DNA of 63,275 bases, filler included, from Octopus bimaculoides (taxonomy: Eukaryota): the NCBI RefSeq assembly GCF_001194135.2. It is 5 parts of 3 records of this genome, joined end to end, with 100 filler letters (N's around TTAATTAATTAA, not from the genome) between each part and the next. Parts side by side here need not be neighbours in the genome. Positions count along the whole stretch, not along the records: positions 9,663 to 35,580 come from NC_068981.1; 4 more parts are not named here. One strand, written 5' to 3'. Below the pieces are notes generated by a model. It saw nothing but the letters and a program-made list of their open reading frames with translations. It had not been told where the DNA came from and searched no databases. Position numbers and translations under genes: made by a program. Shown here piece after piece: positions 13,493 through 27,699 of the stretch. Numbering within the stretch: position 1 is the stretch's first letter; every line of letters begins with the position of its first letter.

Positions 13493-15187
13493 NNNNNNNN
13501 NNNNNNNNNNNNNNNNNNNNNNNNNNNNNNNNNNNNNNNNNNNNNNNNNNNNNNNNNNNNNNNNNNNNNNNNNNNNNNNNNNNNNNNNNNNNNNNNNNNN
13601 NNNNNNNNNNNNNNNNNNNNNNNNNNNNNNNNNNNNNNNNNNNNNNNNNNNNNNNNNNNNNNNNNNNNNNNNNNNNNNNNNNNNNNNNNNNNNNNNNNNN
13701 NNNNNNNNNNNNNNNNNNNNNNNNNNNNNNNNNNNNNNNNNNNNNNNNNNNNNNNNNNNNNNNNNNNNNNNNNNNNNNNNNNNNNNNNNNNNNNNNAGAG
13801 AGAGAGAGAGAGAGAGAGAGAGATATGTGTCTGTGTTTTTGTGTGTGTATGGTTGAATATGTGTGCGTGTCTGTGTGTGATAACTAACATACTGAATATG
13901 GTAGCTTCGAACTTGCATAAAATTATAATTTTGAAACCTTCAACAAATTGTTGTATATGTTGAAGAATATATATTTAATTGATTAAACTCATCTCTACAT
14001 AATTCGCTAGGTAATCGATGCATTAGTCATTGTAATATATTCTCTGTGACATAACAAGAAGAAAAATCTGAAAGGCGGATACCATGATTAATATTTGAAT
14101 AATCACTATTTTTGATTAATAGATGTAGTCAGTTAAATTGGTTTCCTAATGAGTGTACCGATAGTAAAACAACTAGATTCAAAATAAAATTATAAAAGAA
14201 AGTATATTTTAAGCAGTGCAACTAATGAGAAAACATTGTATGTTTTCCTGCTAATTCCTTGTCGAGATATCAGCTTGAAACACTGAAATTTCACTATTTC
14301 TTTCAGTGTAGGAAATAGAAGAGTTATAAATGTTATGAATAACATTTATTTTGTAATAATGTCCAGGATGGCAGTTTTAGTGTTAATGACAATGCCAGTG
14401 CTAGTCAAAATATTATCGTCCGTAACAACACAAACTACTAAAAGAAAATGTTTGGACATTACGATAAACAATTCGACAATATTCGATAATTGTATATTCC
14501 GCTCAGAAACAGAATAGTTACTCTCTTCACTTATGTAACTAGCTTCTTTCAGATTCTAAGGAAAATACTGATATTCATATATATATATATATATATATAN
14601 NNNNNNNNNNNNNNNNNNNNNNNNNNNNNNNNNNNNNNNNNNNNNNNNNNNNNNNNNNNNNNNNNNNNNNNNNNNNNNNNNNNNNNNNNNNNNNNNNNNN
14701 NNNNNNNNNNNNNNNNNNNNNNNNNNNNNNNNNNNNNNNNNNNNNNNNNNNNNNNNNNNNNNNNNNNNNNNNNNNNNNNNNNNNNNNNNNNNNNNNNNNN
14801 NNNNNNNNNNNNNNNNNNNNNNNNNNNNNNNNNNNNNNNNNNNNNNNNNNNNNNNNNNNNNNNNNNNNNNNNNNNNNNNNNNNNNNNNNNNNNNNNNNNN
14901 NNNNNNNNNNNNNNNNNNNNNNNNNNNNNNNNNNNNNNNNNNNNNNNNNNNNNNNNNNNNNNNNNNNNNNNNNNNNNNNNNNNNNNNNNNNNNNNNNNNN
15001 NNNNNNNNNNNNNNNNNNNNNNNNNNNNNNNNNNNNNNNNNNNNNNNNNNNNNNNNNNNNNNNNNNNNNNNNNNNNNNNNNNNNNNNNNNNNNNNNNNNN
15101 NNNNNNNNNNNNNNNNNNNNNNNNNNNNNNNNNNNNNNNNNNNNNNNNNNNNNNNNNNNNNNNNNNNNNNNNNNNNNNNNNNNNNNN

Positions 15188-15239
<52 letters not shown>

Positions 15240-16846
15240 GGAAGTAAAAATCGATGTATTATATGTGTGTATGTGTCTGTGTGTGCGCGCGTATTGTGTT
15301 TGTGTATGCATATGAAAGTTTCCATACTCGTGCATACTTATGGACAGTTACCGAAGTGTTTGAAGGTATCAGTAAAATATATCACCTACGCATGGAACTA
15401 TACTTGTATTATAGGAATATGTATATATGTGTGCGTATACTTATTTATATACAAGTAGAATGCAGTAACGCTAGTCAATAGATATGTATTCCAGTCTCTC
15501 CTAAAAACAAGGTGCTTGGTAATCATCTATAAATGTTCTCATATAAGTACTTAATTTACTTCCCTTAGGCAATGTATTTTCGATACGCATGCAGATTTTC
15601 TGCTTGTACAAACATTACACGGAAAATCTCTCATATTTTCGCCAATTCCATCATTTTTAGAGCAATAACTGCCGTCATATATTCACAAGCAACAGTAAAT
15701 AAATTATTAAGAAGTGAAACCCACATATATACTATTGCTACATGTTTTTGTTTATAAACATTCTGAGGTGTTGCATTTACTTCCAATCAAATACTTAAAT
15801 AGGAAACATACATAAACACTTGAATAATGCATTAGCTAAGTGAATTTATTTTTGAAAACTTTGCCACTCATCATCCACTATAGTTTCGTACAAACGGCTT
15901 TGGTGATCAACTACTGAAGCAGTCTTTTATCTAGTCAAATGCGAAACACTGCAAATTTAAGAATGCGTTTCAGTGCATGTTGAATAAGTGACAGCGTTGT
16001 GGTTATTGATATATTTTTCTCCGATTCATTGGCCATATTTTTCTCGAATTGACTGCAACACTACAGACATTTATAGAACGTTACAAAAAATAGATACATT
16101 CTTTATCAGAATAATTGGCTTTCAATTTATGTAGCGGTTTTATAAATAACATTATAATATATCAGAAATGGACCCCCTATATTTACAGAAAAACAAACAG
16201 AACAGAAATTTTGGAGCAAATATTGAAATGTTTAACCTGCCTTGCTTCAAGCATGATAACAAAAATCAATATTCAAAACTCCAAAGGTATTTCTTCGTCA
16301 CGATAAATCACGAAAAAGATCTAAAGAACATGCCTGGCTTGTAGCTACAAGTAATTTACTGGAACCTACTTTCAGCATTTAACTGTGAACAAGTATTTTG
16401 GCCAATTTCCATGCTTATGTCAGCTAAAACGATATTAATTCAAGTGGTTTCATAGCTGTGTAGATATTTCAAGTGTATATAAGATTGGCAACAAAGAAGA
16501 TATGGATTGGATTTATGCTTCTTGCTTTTGTAGACTCCAGTTTAAAACCAGTGGATTTTTGTATGAGGAATGGCAGCTGTTGATTTGATGCCAAAATAAA
16601 TAAAAGTACAGGCAGAGCGTCTCATTGAACATTCTTCTAGTAACATTAACTTCAAGACAATCTTTGTGTTATCATTTATAAAATGAGGATTGTTGACTTG
16701 GGCTGTGTAAGCGTTTAAATAGTTGAAAGCGGGGTACATATGCCAAACGTAAACTTTGCGGTAATGTAAGTGAATAGTAATGTCAAATGCCTTCTCATAA
16801 CGACGGCATCTTATCAGATATATTTTAGCGCTTTTACTTTACTTCT

Positions 16847-17227
16847 GTTGGCACGCCGTCGCTTACGACGTTCAGGGTTCTAGTTGATGCGATCAACGGA
16901 ACAGCCTGCTCGTGAAATTCACGTGCAAGTGACTGAGCACTCCACAGACGCGTGTACCCTTAACGTAATTCTCAGAGATATTGAGCGTGACACAGTATGA
17001 CAAGGCTGGCCCTTTGAATTACAGGCGCAACAGAAGCAGGAAGTAAGGGTGAGAGAATGTTGTGGTGAAAGAGTACAGCAGGGTTCGCCACCATCCTCTG
17101 CCGGAGCCTCGTGGAGCTTTAGGTGTTTTCGTTCAATAAACACTCACAACGCCCGGTCTGGAAATCGAAATCGCGATCCTATGACCGCGAGTCTGCTGCC
17201 CTAACTACTGAACCATTGCACCTCCAC
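16847..17227 (-). mobile_element. tRNA-derived SINE (head A, tail X), full length
   Basis: tRNA-like head with A/B boxes at 17150-17227; perfect 11-bp TSD actttacttct (16836-16846 and 17228-17238). Confidence 0.88.
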
Positions 17228-18084
17228 ACTTTACTTCTAACAACACATAATTGTCTATAAAGAGATATTTTGGAAATCTCGCACTCCCTACGATTATCCT
17301 TTCGCACATTAGTAAATATAGTCTTCGACATGTTCTCGGACGTAGGTCTTTCCATATATGTGTTTGTCTCACAGCATACTACCTGTTGATGTCAATTTCG
17401 CATTTTTTTAGTTTAAATATACGCGTATCTCTTATATTCTGTCAATATACATACCAATTTCGAAATCCTAAATCTCTCGTCTTGACACTACATTGCCCAT
17501 CTTCCCTAGAGATTTGACAAAAATGACCCCTTCGTGAACGTGCTATACTTTACTTATTGACATTACTAAAGTGGCATTTCTAATTGCATTCTAACTGTAT
17601 TCTTGGTTGAAATCGATATTTACTTTGATATATTATACCAAAGTTAATCATGTACTTTCAATGAATGATGTTTACAAAATGATAATATCTTTCAATCTCC
17701 GTTTTGTACCTTCTAATTTAGATGTAAATTATGTTTTTCATTATTGTTTAAAATTGAAATGAAGCTTCTTTAATTTTTTTCCTGTTTTTTTTTTATGTAG
17801 TTTATCGACTTACGTTCCTTGAATCCAGATTTTAATGTTATGTTAATGTGTTTCATTCTTCGCATTTCTTCGGAATGTAAAGTGTAGTGTCTCGATGGTC
17901 AGTCTTCTATTTTCATGAAATATGATCAGATAACACAATACAAATCGTCTTACTGAATCCCCTTAAAGTACAATGGTATCATTCAGGTTAGAGATATTTA
18001 TCCCCAGTTTGCTAATCTAACTTACAGTACACAATTTGTGTAACATGTGAACTCTAGGTTTTTATACAATATATTTTTATTGTG

Positions 18085-18453
18085 TAGAGGCGCAATAGCC
18101 CAGTGGTTAGGGCAGCGAACTCGCAGTCGTAGGATCGTGGTTTCGATTCCCAGACCGGGAGTTGTGAGTGTTTATTGAGTGAAAACAGCTAAGGCTCTAC
18201 GAGGCTCCGGCAAGGGGTGGTGGCGAACCCTGCTCTACTCTTTCACCACAACTATCTCTGACTCTTTCTTTCTGTTGTACCTGTATTTCAAAGGGGCTGC
18301 TTTTTCACACTATCTCACGCCGAATCTCCCCGAGAAGTACGTTTAGGTTACATTTGTGTCTGGAGTGCTCAGCCACTTCCATGTTAATTTCACGAGCAGG
18401 CTGTAAATCGGATCAGCTGGAACCCTCGTCGTCGTAACCGACGGAGTGTCAGG
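18085..18453 (+). mobile_element. tRNA-derived SINE (head A, tail X), full length
   Basis: Head gaggcgcaatagcccagtggttagg...gtttcgattcc; 12-bp TSD with one mismatch (18073-18084 and 18454-18465); same family as 16847-17227 in opposite orientation. Confidence 0.88.
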
Positions 18454-21400
18454 ATTTTTAATGTGAAAACAGTAATATACACAAACAATTGGTCACTCCG
18501 ATATTTTTGTATTACTTCTAGTGGTATCATTAATGTTTTTTTTTTGCTTTATATTTTTAAGTCCTTTATGAAACCGTTGAGTTGTTTAAATTCAGTCTTC
18601 AGTAGTTGGAAACTTTTGCCCCAAACTGCAAATAAAATTCGTTAGTATGATTTTTTGAAGTTGTATATTTTCAAAAGTCATCTCTATAATATTGATTATA
18701 CACAGAGGTATATGTGTTCTGCACGAAGGTATGAATAATGGTGATTTAATCGTAGGTTATATATGCTTGTATAAATGTAAAGTTTACATTGGCGTACAGA
18801 GACTTATTGTTATTGTATTTATTTTTCATATATAACTCTAGATCCATTATCTTTTCCGTGAACATAAATTTCTGACTGCAGGAATATCTATATGAGATTC
18901 TAAGTTTATATAAAATTAATATCACTAAATCTATCGAATTGGTATAGCATCTGGTAGAAATAAGTATAGTTTCTTGTATCACAAACCTGCATTTGTTTTA
19001 CAGACTTGATATTTCATCTTTCTAACGTTTTATTGCCTTTCTACATTTACATCAGAGAGCTTCTTATAATGTGGATGTACCTCAGACTGCGACTGTGATT
19101 CACTGCTGCCTCACAAGCTTTATATTACCCACGCCAAATCATTTTACCGCTGCACCGCTCGAAATTTCATTTACACCTCACAGGCGCTGACCTGTATATC
19201 TACATTTATTGGAACTGAACGTGAAATATATGACTAGGTATTGTCTCGCCGAGTTTGCAAATATATGAAATGTCCTCTCTGCTCTGACAAATATGGAAAA
19301 AAATGTGTCATTTTTTTTTCTGTTTCATTTTTTTTTCTGTTTCATTTTTTTTTCTGTTTCATATTTTTCGAGCGTGATCATCCCTCCAGATTCCTGTGTA
19401 CTTACGTCAATTGAACCTATATTTTTCCCAGCGACGTTTTATGGAGAAATTCAGTAACGAATGTTAAGTGTTTCAGATTATAGAATTTCACAATTTTCCT
19501 CTCTGCTAATGACGTATGAATGAAAACCCACGTTGCGTTTCACTCGCATTCCATCAAGGGTAACTGAGTAAAAGATTGTCATGGCATTATCAGACCCCAG
19601 CAAATACAAAACAATTCATTTATACAGCATTATACTGAAACATTTTAATATGTATATTTTATATTTCAAGCATACATATTTTAGATATAAGTTGTCATAA
19701 GAATGGAATATATTAATACTTACATCATACTCGTAGATAGGCAATATTGGGATATACAACATATATTGGGATATACAAAATTTCTTGGTACTAAATGTCA
19801 AATTTCTCGGTACTTTTAAACATGTTCCTTATAGCGAATTCTTTCCCACATCACTTTCAACGCATTTTTAGTATTTTCCATCCCTTTATTCTCAATTGTT
19901 TTATTTCCTTTTGTGTGCGATATCTTACTCCAATCAAGCAGCGACGCACACACTGCGATAACAACCATTTCTGAGAACGACGACAACAACGTGAAGAATA
20001 GTCATTATCACAATAGCTCTTCAGAGCATACATTACATAATGAACAGCTTTGCTTAAATTATTCAATAAAACGTGTAACATCCGGAATATTCCTTAGCGC
20101 GTTATTATAAATTACGCCAGTGAATGGATTTCAATCAATATAAAATGCGTAACTTGCTGTTAATTCATGAGCCCTCATCACAAATACACAGCTTTCAGGT
20201 AGGCTGATATATTTCATGAAACACTTAATATCATAATGAATTATGATGCATTCCAGATTTCTATAATTTTTCAGATAAATACTTTAGTTCATGATACATA
20301 TTTTGCTAAAGTTCCATATCTAAATAAATGGAAATGTTAATGTTTTCACCGAATTTGTTTATGTCATGTACTATCTCTAAATAAAATAAAAATATAATTT
20401 GCAGTTAAACTATAATATCAAATTTATGAGCAAAATAGTCATCTTTTAAAATTACCAGTTCCTTTAACAAGTAATTGAACTTATTACTGAATAATTTTGT
20501 GAGGTATAACAGCTGAGTTTTTCTATGGTAAACGTGCCAATGTTTTTTCTATGAATACGAATGAAAAATGCATATATCTGTTTACTCTATGGCTTAATTG
20601 ATGCAGCCATATTTCCCTAAAATTACCCGTTTCCGTCATAAGAATGGAATATATTAATACTTACATCATACTCGTAGATAGGCAATATTGGGATACACAA
20701 CATATTTATGAATGCAGAATTCTATGCATTTCATTTAAATATGTTTTGTTATACATATATAAACAAATGTATAGAATTTTATTTATAGATTTCACTTCTA
20801 TAACCTAATAAAAAATATCAATAACTATAATTACACTGTGAAGAAGATTGTTTGGATTCATTCATCTTCTGGGAGTTAACTTAGTCAACTTTCGTCGATT
20901 TCTGAAAGGGTGAGAGAAAACTTGTGCACACAAACAGGAAACTGCCCGCCTAATTTTGTAAGTAAGTTCTAACGGTAAGTACAAAAAGTATTAAAAATGG
21001 TCATCTACTATAGTTTCGAAATATTTTTATGTATAATTTATTTCATATTACTAGACAACATAATATACAGTAATCGTATACCATATTTTACTTATTTTAT
21101 TGAAGATATGCATACTCACTAAATAAGTTAACTTTCAGAAAACAAAATATTTAATCTCTTTTTATATAATCAAATAAATGTGATACAAAATTCTACTTCG
21201 TAACATTTCGGCCATTTTTCTCATTTAAAACACAAACCATTGACTGTTCAGAGCACAGTGGATTTTGTTATACATCAATAAAATTATTTCATATATTTGC
21301 GTCTCTGCTGAGATGAAACGATAAGTTACTCACTCATTCAATAATAATGCGTTGTATTGACAGTGTTTTGTATTTTGCTCTTCTGAAATTTTGTTTTCAA

Positions 21401-22998
21401 AGTGAAAAAACTACAACATAAAACATAGCAGCTTCTGAAAGCTTGTTCTTCTTTGGTGAGGAATCATTGTTATGGCCACCATAATTAGATAAATAGAAAT
21501 TAAGAAGATTTTATTGAGATTAGCTGTGCAGTGTCTGGCATCGCTTTGAGTAATCAAACTAAGGTAAGACTTGAACAGAGTTGATCGCAAATACTAAAGA
21601 TTTTTTGTCTTTGTACATTGTTTTTGTACATATAGTTTTATATTATGAGGCAAGGAAAAATATTCTACGTTTTATTCTTAACGTAACTGTATCCATTTAC
21701 AGTTGGTTAGGTGCTTTGTGAGTACAGTCTTTCGGTAACTGAATAAAGTATTTGTTAGTATTTATGTTGCAACACGTTTTGTGCTGAATGGTGTACGAGA
21801 GGAATACTGGAAAAAGCTTAATTATAATTAGAAGCGTTTCAGAAATTACATTATTTCAAGAACCTCAGTAATAAAAAAAATTCTAGTTGCAATCCTTGTT
21901 TGTGAAAGGCTATGCCAATTGTCAAAGAAGTTTTGATATCAGAGGAAGAAGGAACACTTGAGGGAAATAGCATATTTGAAACAGATCATTTCTATGATTT
22001 TCTCAATGAATGATGATTTTGTACTGTTTCTTTCCAGTGCATTTGCTAATCTGTGGTTATTTTCATATTCCTCCGTGGTACACAATTTCAATTATTCCTG
22101 AATGCTTGAATATTGAATATTTTTTTTTAATATTTGATTATTTTGTTTAAATTCTATATAGAATGTTGTCTTGGGGTTAGTATCTTCTTCGAAATAATAC
22201 AATAGAAATAATTATAATTGACTGAATATTGAATGATAATGGAGATATTATTAGCTGTAATGATAGTCGACAACGATGAGGAAAGTTTGAATGTTTTAAC
22301 TGCGAAAAATGTGACTCAACTGGGCATCGAATGCATTCCTAGCCTCATACGCCTCCAAAATGTTATTTATTTGTTTATAGAATCCCTTATGAAAACAAAA
22401 TTTTCAGATATGTTACAAATTGCAATTATAATTTTTGCTAAAGATAAAGACAGATAGTAATATATAGTTCTAATTTTAATGATGTTGTACCACTCTTAAT
22501 CGTCACTTTTCTTTTATTAACCATTGAGATACTTCAAAGAATTTCTAATTTTCACGCTTTCATTCTCACTATACACTCTCATTTGCCATCTTACTCTATA
22601 TATCTCAATCGTATTTTCCGAACTATATTCGCATTGGCTCTATTCTTGTTTCAAATACTTTTTCACTCACCTGACTCCACTTGTCTCTTTCCTGTATAGT
22701 GCATTTAACTAACTATATTCCATCCTATCATTCTTTGTTACCACAAATATTTGCTATGCATCACTGTTATTTTATTACGTTACCGCTCTAATTAGCATTT
22801 TCCATTAAGACACACTATCTGAGAAACACATACCCTTCATTATTTTATGACTTGCTCGTGTTTTCTATATCTACGTAAAATTCACTGCCTGTTCACCTGG
22901 CCCTCTGTCTCACCAATACACTGATTCCTGGCTACTTCTCACTGTCTAACGGACAGTATCACAACAATCGCATTATTTTAATCTAAATTTATTAATTA

Positions 22999-23221
22999 TA
23001 GTAATCCATCGCCATATCGCGGTTCACCTATCACAGTTTATTATTTAAGCTTACGTCGAATCCTCCGTGGTGTTGTTTTTCATTTATAATGAAATAAATA
23101 TTTACAAATTATTAAAAATAATAATAACAAATATACAGTATAGTACGGTTTCTACTTCGTGGATTTTCACTTATCGCGGGAGTTTTGGAAAGTAACACCA
23201 GCGACTATCGAGAGATTTCTG
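22999..23221. mobile_element. Pogo/Tigger-like MITE
   Basis: Degenerate TIRs tagtaatccatcgccatatcgc and gcgactatcgagagatttctg, TA on both sides, no coding capacity. Confidence 0.55.
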
Positions 23222-23549
23222 TATGCTTAATTTCTTTCTCTGTTTTCCTTTCTCTCGCTTTTCCTACTTCTCCACACACAACAACTTCAGTTGTTCTTCG
23301 TATTTCTAAATCACTGCAAAAAGAAAGTAGAATCCAAGAAACGGAAATTTCGTCATAGGCGAAATTTATATCACTTTATATATTATCACTTTTTATATTA
23401 TAAATTTCACAGTATATTTATATCACTTAAGGATGTATAGAACTGTGACAAACGCCACATTTCAATTCAGCTTTTGTATTTTCGTAAGTTAAATTTTTGA
23501 GAAATTTGATTTCTCGACATGCGAAATAAAAATTCTCTTCAAATATATA

Positions 23550-24130
23550 ACATAGATAACTTAGCTAGGTTTCGGCCATTATACACCCAGGCCATGTTTG
23601 ACTTAATAGCACCATCTGGTGTAGTCTTTTAGATTGTGATTCATACCTCCGTCATATACGGGACACTATGGTCCACTCTAGTAAAAACTTATTAATGTTC
23701 GAGACATATCCTGGTGTAGGAGGTTGGTCCGGAAACCTTTGGAGAAATTAAACCAGATAACGTTTTGATTTTATGGGATCTGTCTCCATTTTGATATATT
23801 TTGGTATAATATTATAGCGAGCTGGACTGGTTGAGGTACAGTCGTTGTGTCGTAATGTTGTTATGTGTCTTGAGTTCGATTTTTGTAGTTGGGGGATAGC
23901 ACGGGGACCAAGTCTTGGGTGGATTTTAAAATTAATGCCAATATAATTTGTGCAATATTGATGGGATATTCTCACACCTTATACAAATGATGTAGCGCTC
24001 ACGGTGGCATTGAGGAGAGTAGAGACTGAGGTTTTTTTTAGTCAACCCCAGTTGTTTATGCCCATCATGCCGTGTATCTATCTTGTTATTGACCTCTGGA
24101 GTATAAATTACGCGTTTGAATGATGGACCA
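23550..24130 (-). mobile_element. CR1-type LINE 3' end, same family as 9765-10320
   Basis: IGINFKIHPRLGPRAIPQLQKSNSRHITT aligns by eye to the 9.9-kb copy; the 3' stem-loop tail (catggcc...ggccgaaac) is shared. Confidence 0.8.
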
Positions 24131-26071
24131 ACGCATGTATTAATTTATAGTGTTCTGGTGAGTAACGAACAAATGCACGTTACAATTTTGAGTAAATTCA
24201 TTACTCTTTGTCGACTTTGTCCCACAATGTATAGAAACATACATGTGCACCAGCATGACCGCAGCCACTTGGCTGAAACACATAAATAAATAAATAAATA
24301 AATACATATATCCATGCATACACTCATAAATACCTGAAAGTACACTGATGAATGTATACATACATTCATACATATGTATGCATATATGTACATACATTTG
24401 TATATAGAGAGTAAAATACATAACAAAACAGATAGATAGATAGATAGATAGATATATAGATAGATAGATAGATAGATAGTAACACACGTTGACTGTTATT
24501 TGTTGTTACATTTTCTAAGTTATCCAATAAATGTTGCTTAATATAATCAAAAGTTTCTGTATGGAGCTAACCAACAAAGATCTTTATTTCCCGGACATCT
24601 ACGTCCTAGAATAACATAAATTGATTGCAAAATATTTTTACCGCTCCCGAATGTATTACATTATGTTGTGAGTATTTAACTAACGTATTTACGAAGAATA
24701 AAACCACTTCATTTCTACAGAATCTATGTTGATAAAGATGGTCTCCATGTTGTACTAGGAATGAGATTTATTTCAATAGAGTACGTTTATTGTGGAAATT
24801 ACCGAGAGCAACCACTCTTTGACAGACAAATACTTAATACTATAATGCAGATGGAGAAATATTTCAAAATTGCGAATGTGTGGATTCGTCATTTCAAAAA
24901 GAATGAATTATCCACAGGAGACACCGATAAAACTTAATGAATCTTTAGGAGATGCCAAATTTAATTGTAAAAGAGCCAATATTCACTTCGCTTAGTATCA
25001 AATGAAGATTTAGTAATCTTTTTAAACTTGACTAAAATGTTGAGAGGTCAGAGCTAATATACTCAGTCGCATAAGCCAACAAATTTTTAATTAATTAAAA
25101 TTACACCTGTATTGTGAATAAAATGTCATTAGCTTAATGATCAATTCTCATGAAGAACAGGGGAGAAAACCTTAACATTTTATCAATTACAATTAATTTA
25201 AAATGAAATATTGTTTTTTTCAGTAGTGGAGATGCTGAGTTAGTGGAAACATTATCACTTCGGAGAAAATGCTTTGCAGCATTATTTTCGAATCTTTGCG
25301 TTCTTAATTCAAATCACGCTGTGGACAAATTTGCTTTTTATCCCTTAAAGGTCAATAAAAAAGTACCAATAAAGTATTGGGGTTGACGAAATCTACTTGA
25401 CCTTCAACCTCATGGCGTGCCGAAAACCATGTAACCGGCCAAATACTTCTCAAGTCTCGCAAAAAAACGTAATAATGGTGAAAATTAGTCTGACCAGGGA
25501 GACAGAATTTTTAGTTATATATCGAATATACAAGGAAAATAAAATACACTGTGCACATAATAAATACTCAATGATCTTAATTCGTATGGCACTCACGCCT
25601 GAAGCACAGAACTGAAAACGAACTAACAAAAATTTCTATATGTAATTTATGCATATGTTAGAAATAGCAGCGAACACTACAACTTGTAACATCCCTCCTC
25701 TTGCAAGTGGTGAAACGCCTTAAGGTGATTTTCATATCTATAACATTCATATAAATATCATAAAGAGGGTGTGTGATAACAAGCATGAACTACCTTTCGT
25801 TGGATTGCAAGATAACTAACCAAGTAACTAAAATTACTAGAAAACAAAATATCTAAATATCATACTTGATGTATATGTATATACGTATGTATGAGGTATG
25901 TATGTACGTATGGATGTATGTAAATTATATATATATATATATACATATATATATGTGTGTGTGTGTGTGTATGCATATTATATATATGTATGTGTGTATA
26001 TATGTGTGTGTGTGTGTGTTTGTAACATATGTATATATGTACGTATGTATTTATCTCTCTATCTCTCTATC

Positions 26072-26116
<45 letters not shown>

Positions 26117-27699
26117 ATTTATCTATCTATACAGAATCATTCATGATATACGTAAACTAAAATATGATCCGGCTTTTTCACAACGTCTTGTCCATCAATA
26201 CAAGAGCTATTGAAGGAAGCGTCTTTATAAAATACGATCACTTTTTTCCGTTTAAGGTTGTTTTCTTCCTCTCGTACACTTCTGACTTTATTAGTATTCC
26301 CCTTCTGTTAAACTACCACACGCTATTCCATATTTTTCATACATTGTTTTCCTGGCCAGAGACGTAGTATTCTGCAGTTACCCACTTAACAACGTTTGAC
26401 TTATATGCATCAAAACCTGCAAAATCTGATATCTCCAAATCTCCAAATAAACCTGCGTTGTTGAGAATTGCGTATTATATTACATACCGTAGTATTTGTT
26501 GCGTAACATTGAGTTTATTTTTCGTCAGAATTGGAATACCAGACATTTCACTTAATTACTTTGGATAAATGTCATACAGCAATACTTTTGACAAAGTCTT
26601 TGAATTAACTGATATTACCTTTGAACAATTTGAAAAATTAATTGCTAATTTCTTGAAAAAATATAACTCGTCTTTATACTGGGCATCTCAAAAAAATACC
26701 GACAAGATTTTGTATTTCTTTGCAACTGCGAACACCATTTGAGTTAATTAACAAATCTTTTAGCTACAGATTCTATAGATCATTACAATGTAAGTTAATT
26801 ATCATTATTCGTGCCATTTCACCATTTGAATTATTTCTTGTTAATTAATCTCTGCTATTTCTGGTTTGAAATTTTACTGTTTGTGTATTCAAGAAAGTAG
26901 TTTAAATGACCAGCAAGCTTGGTTATGTGGAAAAACAATCACGAGGGCTAATACACTTAAATTTATTTACAATTGTGATTTGCTGTAGGGAGAACATTTT
27001 TGTTCACTGAAACTATCTTCTCAAAAGATATACTTCATTTATGTAACCGAAGTAAGTGTCAAAGGAGGCTTTTGCACATGATAGTCTGTACATCACTGTT
27101 ACCGTATCTGCTACATTCATGCAAATTCCAATGGAGAAACAAGTTATCTCAGTTTCATTTCACTTTAATAATCGGTTTCACTAACGCTTTATAAAATTTG
27201 ATAGTTGGATTCATTTCGGAGATTTTGTTTGCTAGGGGGGATAATTGGTAACCAATGTATTGTTTAGTAAAGGGGAGGTAAATCTGTAATTTTTAATATT
27301 GATTTCTATTTGATTCTGGCTTATATCAATATTATATTCAAAAGGTGAACTAAATCTTAATTTTTCAATATGGTTTTATATTTAATTCTGGCTTATATTT
27401 TTCGCTAAATGTGACCTATTTATTTAGTCGCACGTGTGTTAAGATCCAAATAGCAAACTGATATAATAGGACGATTAGGAATTGCGGTTGCAGTGGTTCT
27501 GCACATCTATCAATGTGATATATCTTGTGATATTTTGGGTATGATTTCTTTTATCTGTGACAGTAAATCTTCGTCTAAGACTTTCTGCAAATCCTGTAAT
27601 TTTTTTGTCAACCTGAGCATCTGCTTACATAAATGAGGTTTTCAGAGACGCAAGTGAAGTTTGATTTAATTCTGAATGATTGCCCTTGTCTGTAATAGA

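Noticed and set aside
988-15458. Many 150-320 aa ORFs containing long X runs
   Set aside because: Open only because N-gaps and (TA)n or (CA)n tracts lack stop codons.
16440-16535. KWFHSCVDIS...DWIYASC resembling a decayed PHD finger
   Set aside because: Cys/His spacing is imperfect and the first Cys pair is missing; at most a LINE ORF1 relic.
18085-18160. tRNA-like sequences (also 17150-17227, 33024-33090, 35980-36054, 1540-1606, 3960-4035)
   Set aside because: SINE heads: most continue into repeat bodies (two have TSDs), and I could not fold a proper cloverleaf acceptor stem in them.
19913-20110. 65-aa ORF after a long pyrimidine tract, a possible terminal exon
   Set aside because: No recognisable domain and no upstream exon could be linked; left unsupported.
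22490-22960. CT-rich segment resembling decayed Penelope coding sequence
   Set aside because: Compositional impression only; no motif recoverable.
26340-26470. LNNAGLFGDLE on the minus strand, resembling the SDR NNAG motif
   Set aside because: Bounded by stops, no usable splice phase and no other SDR motifs nearby; probably chance.
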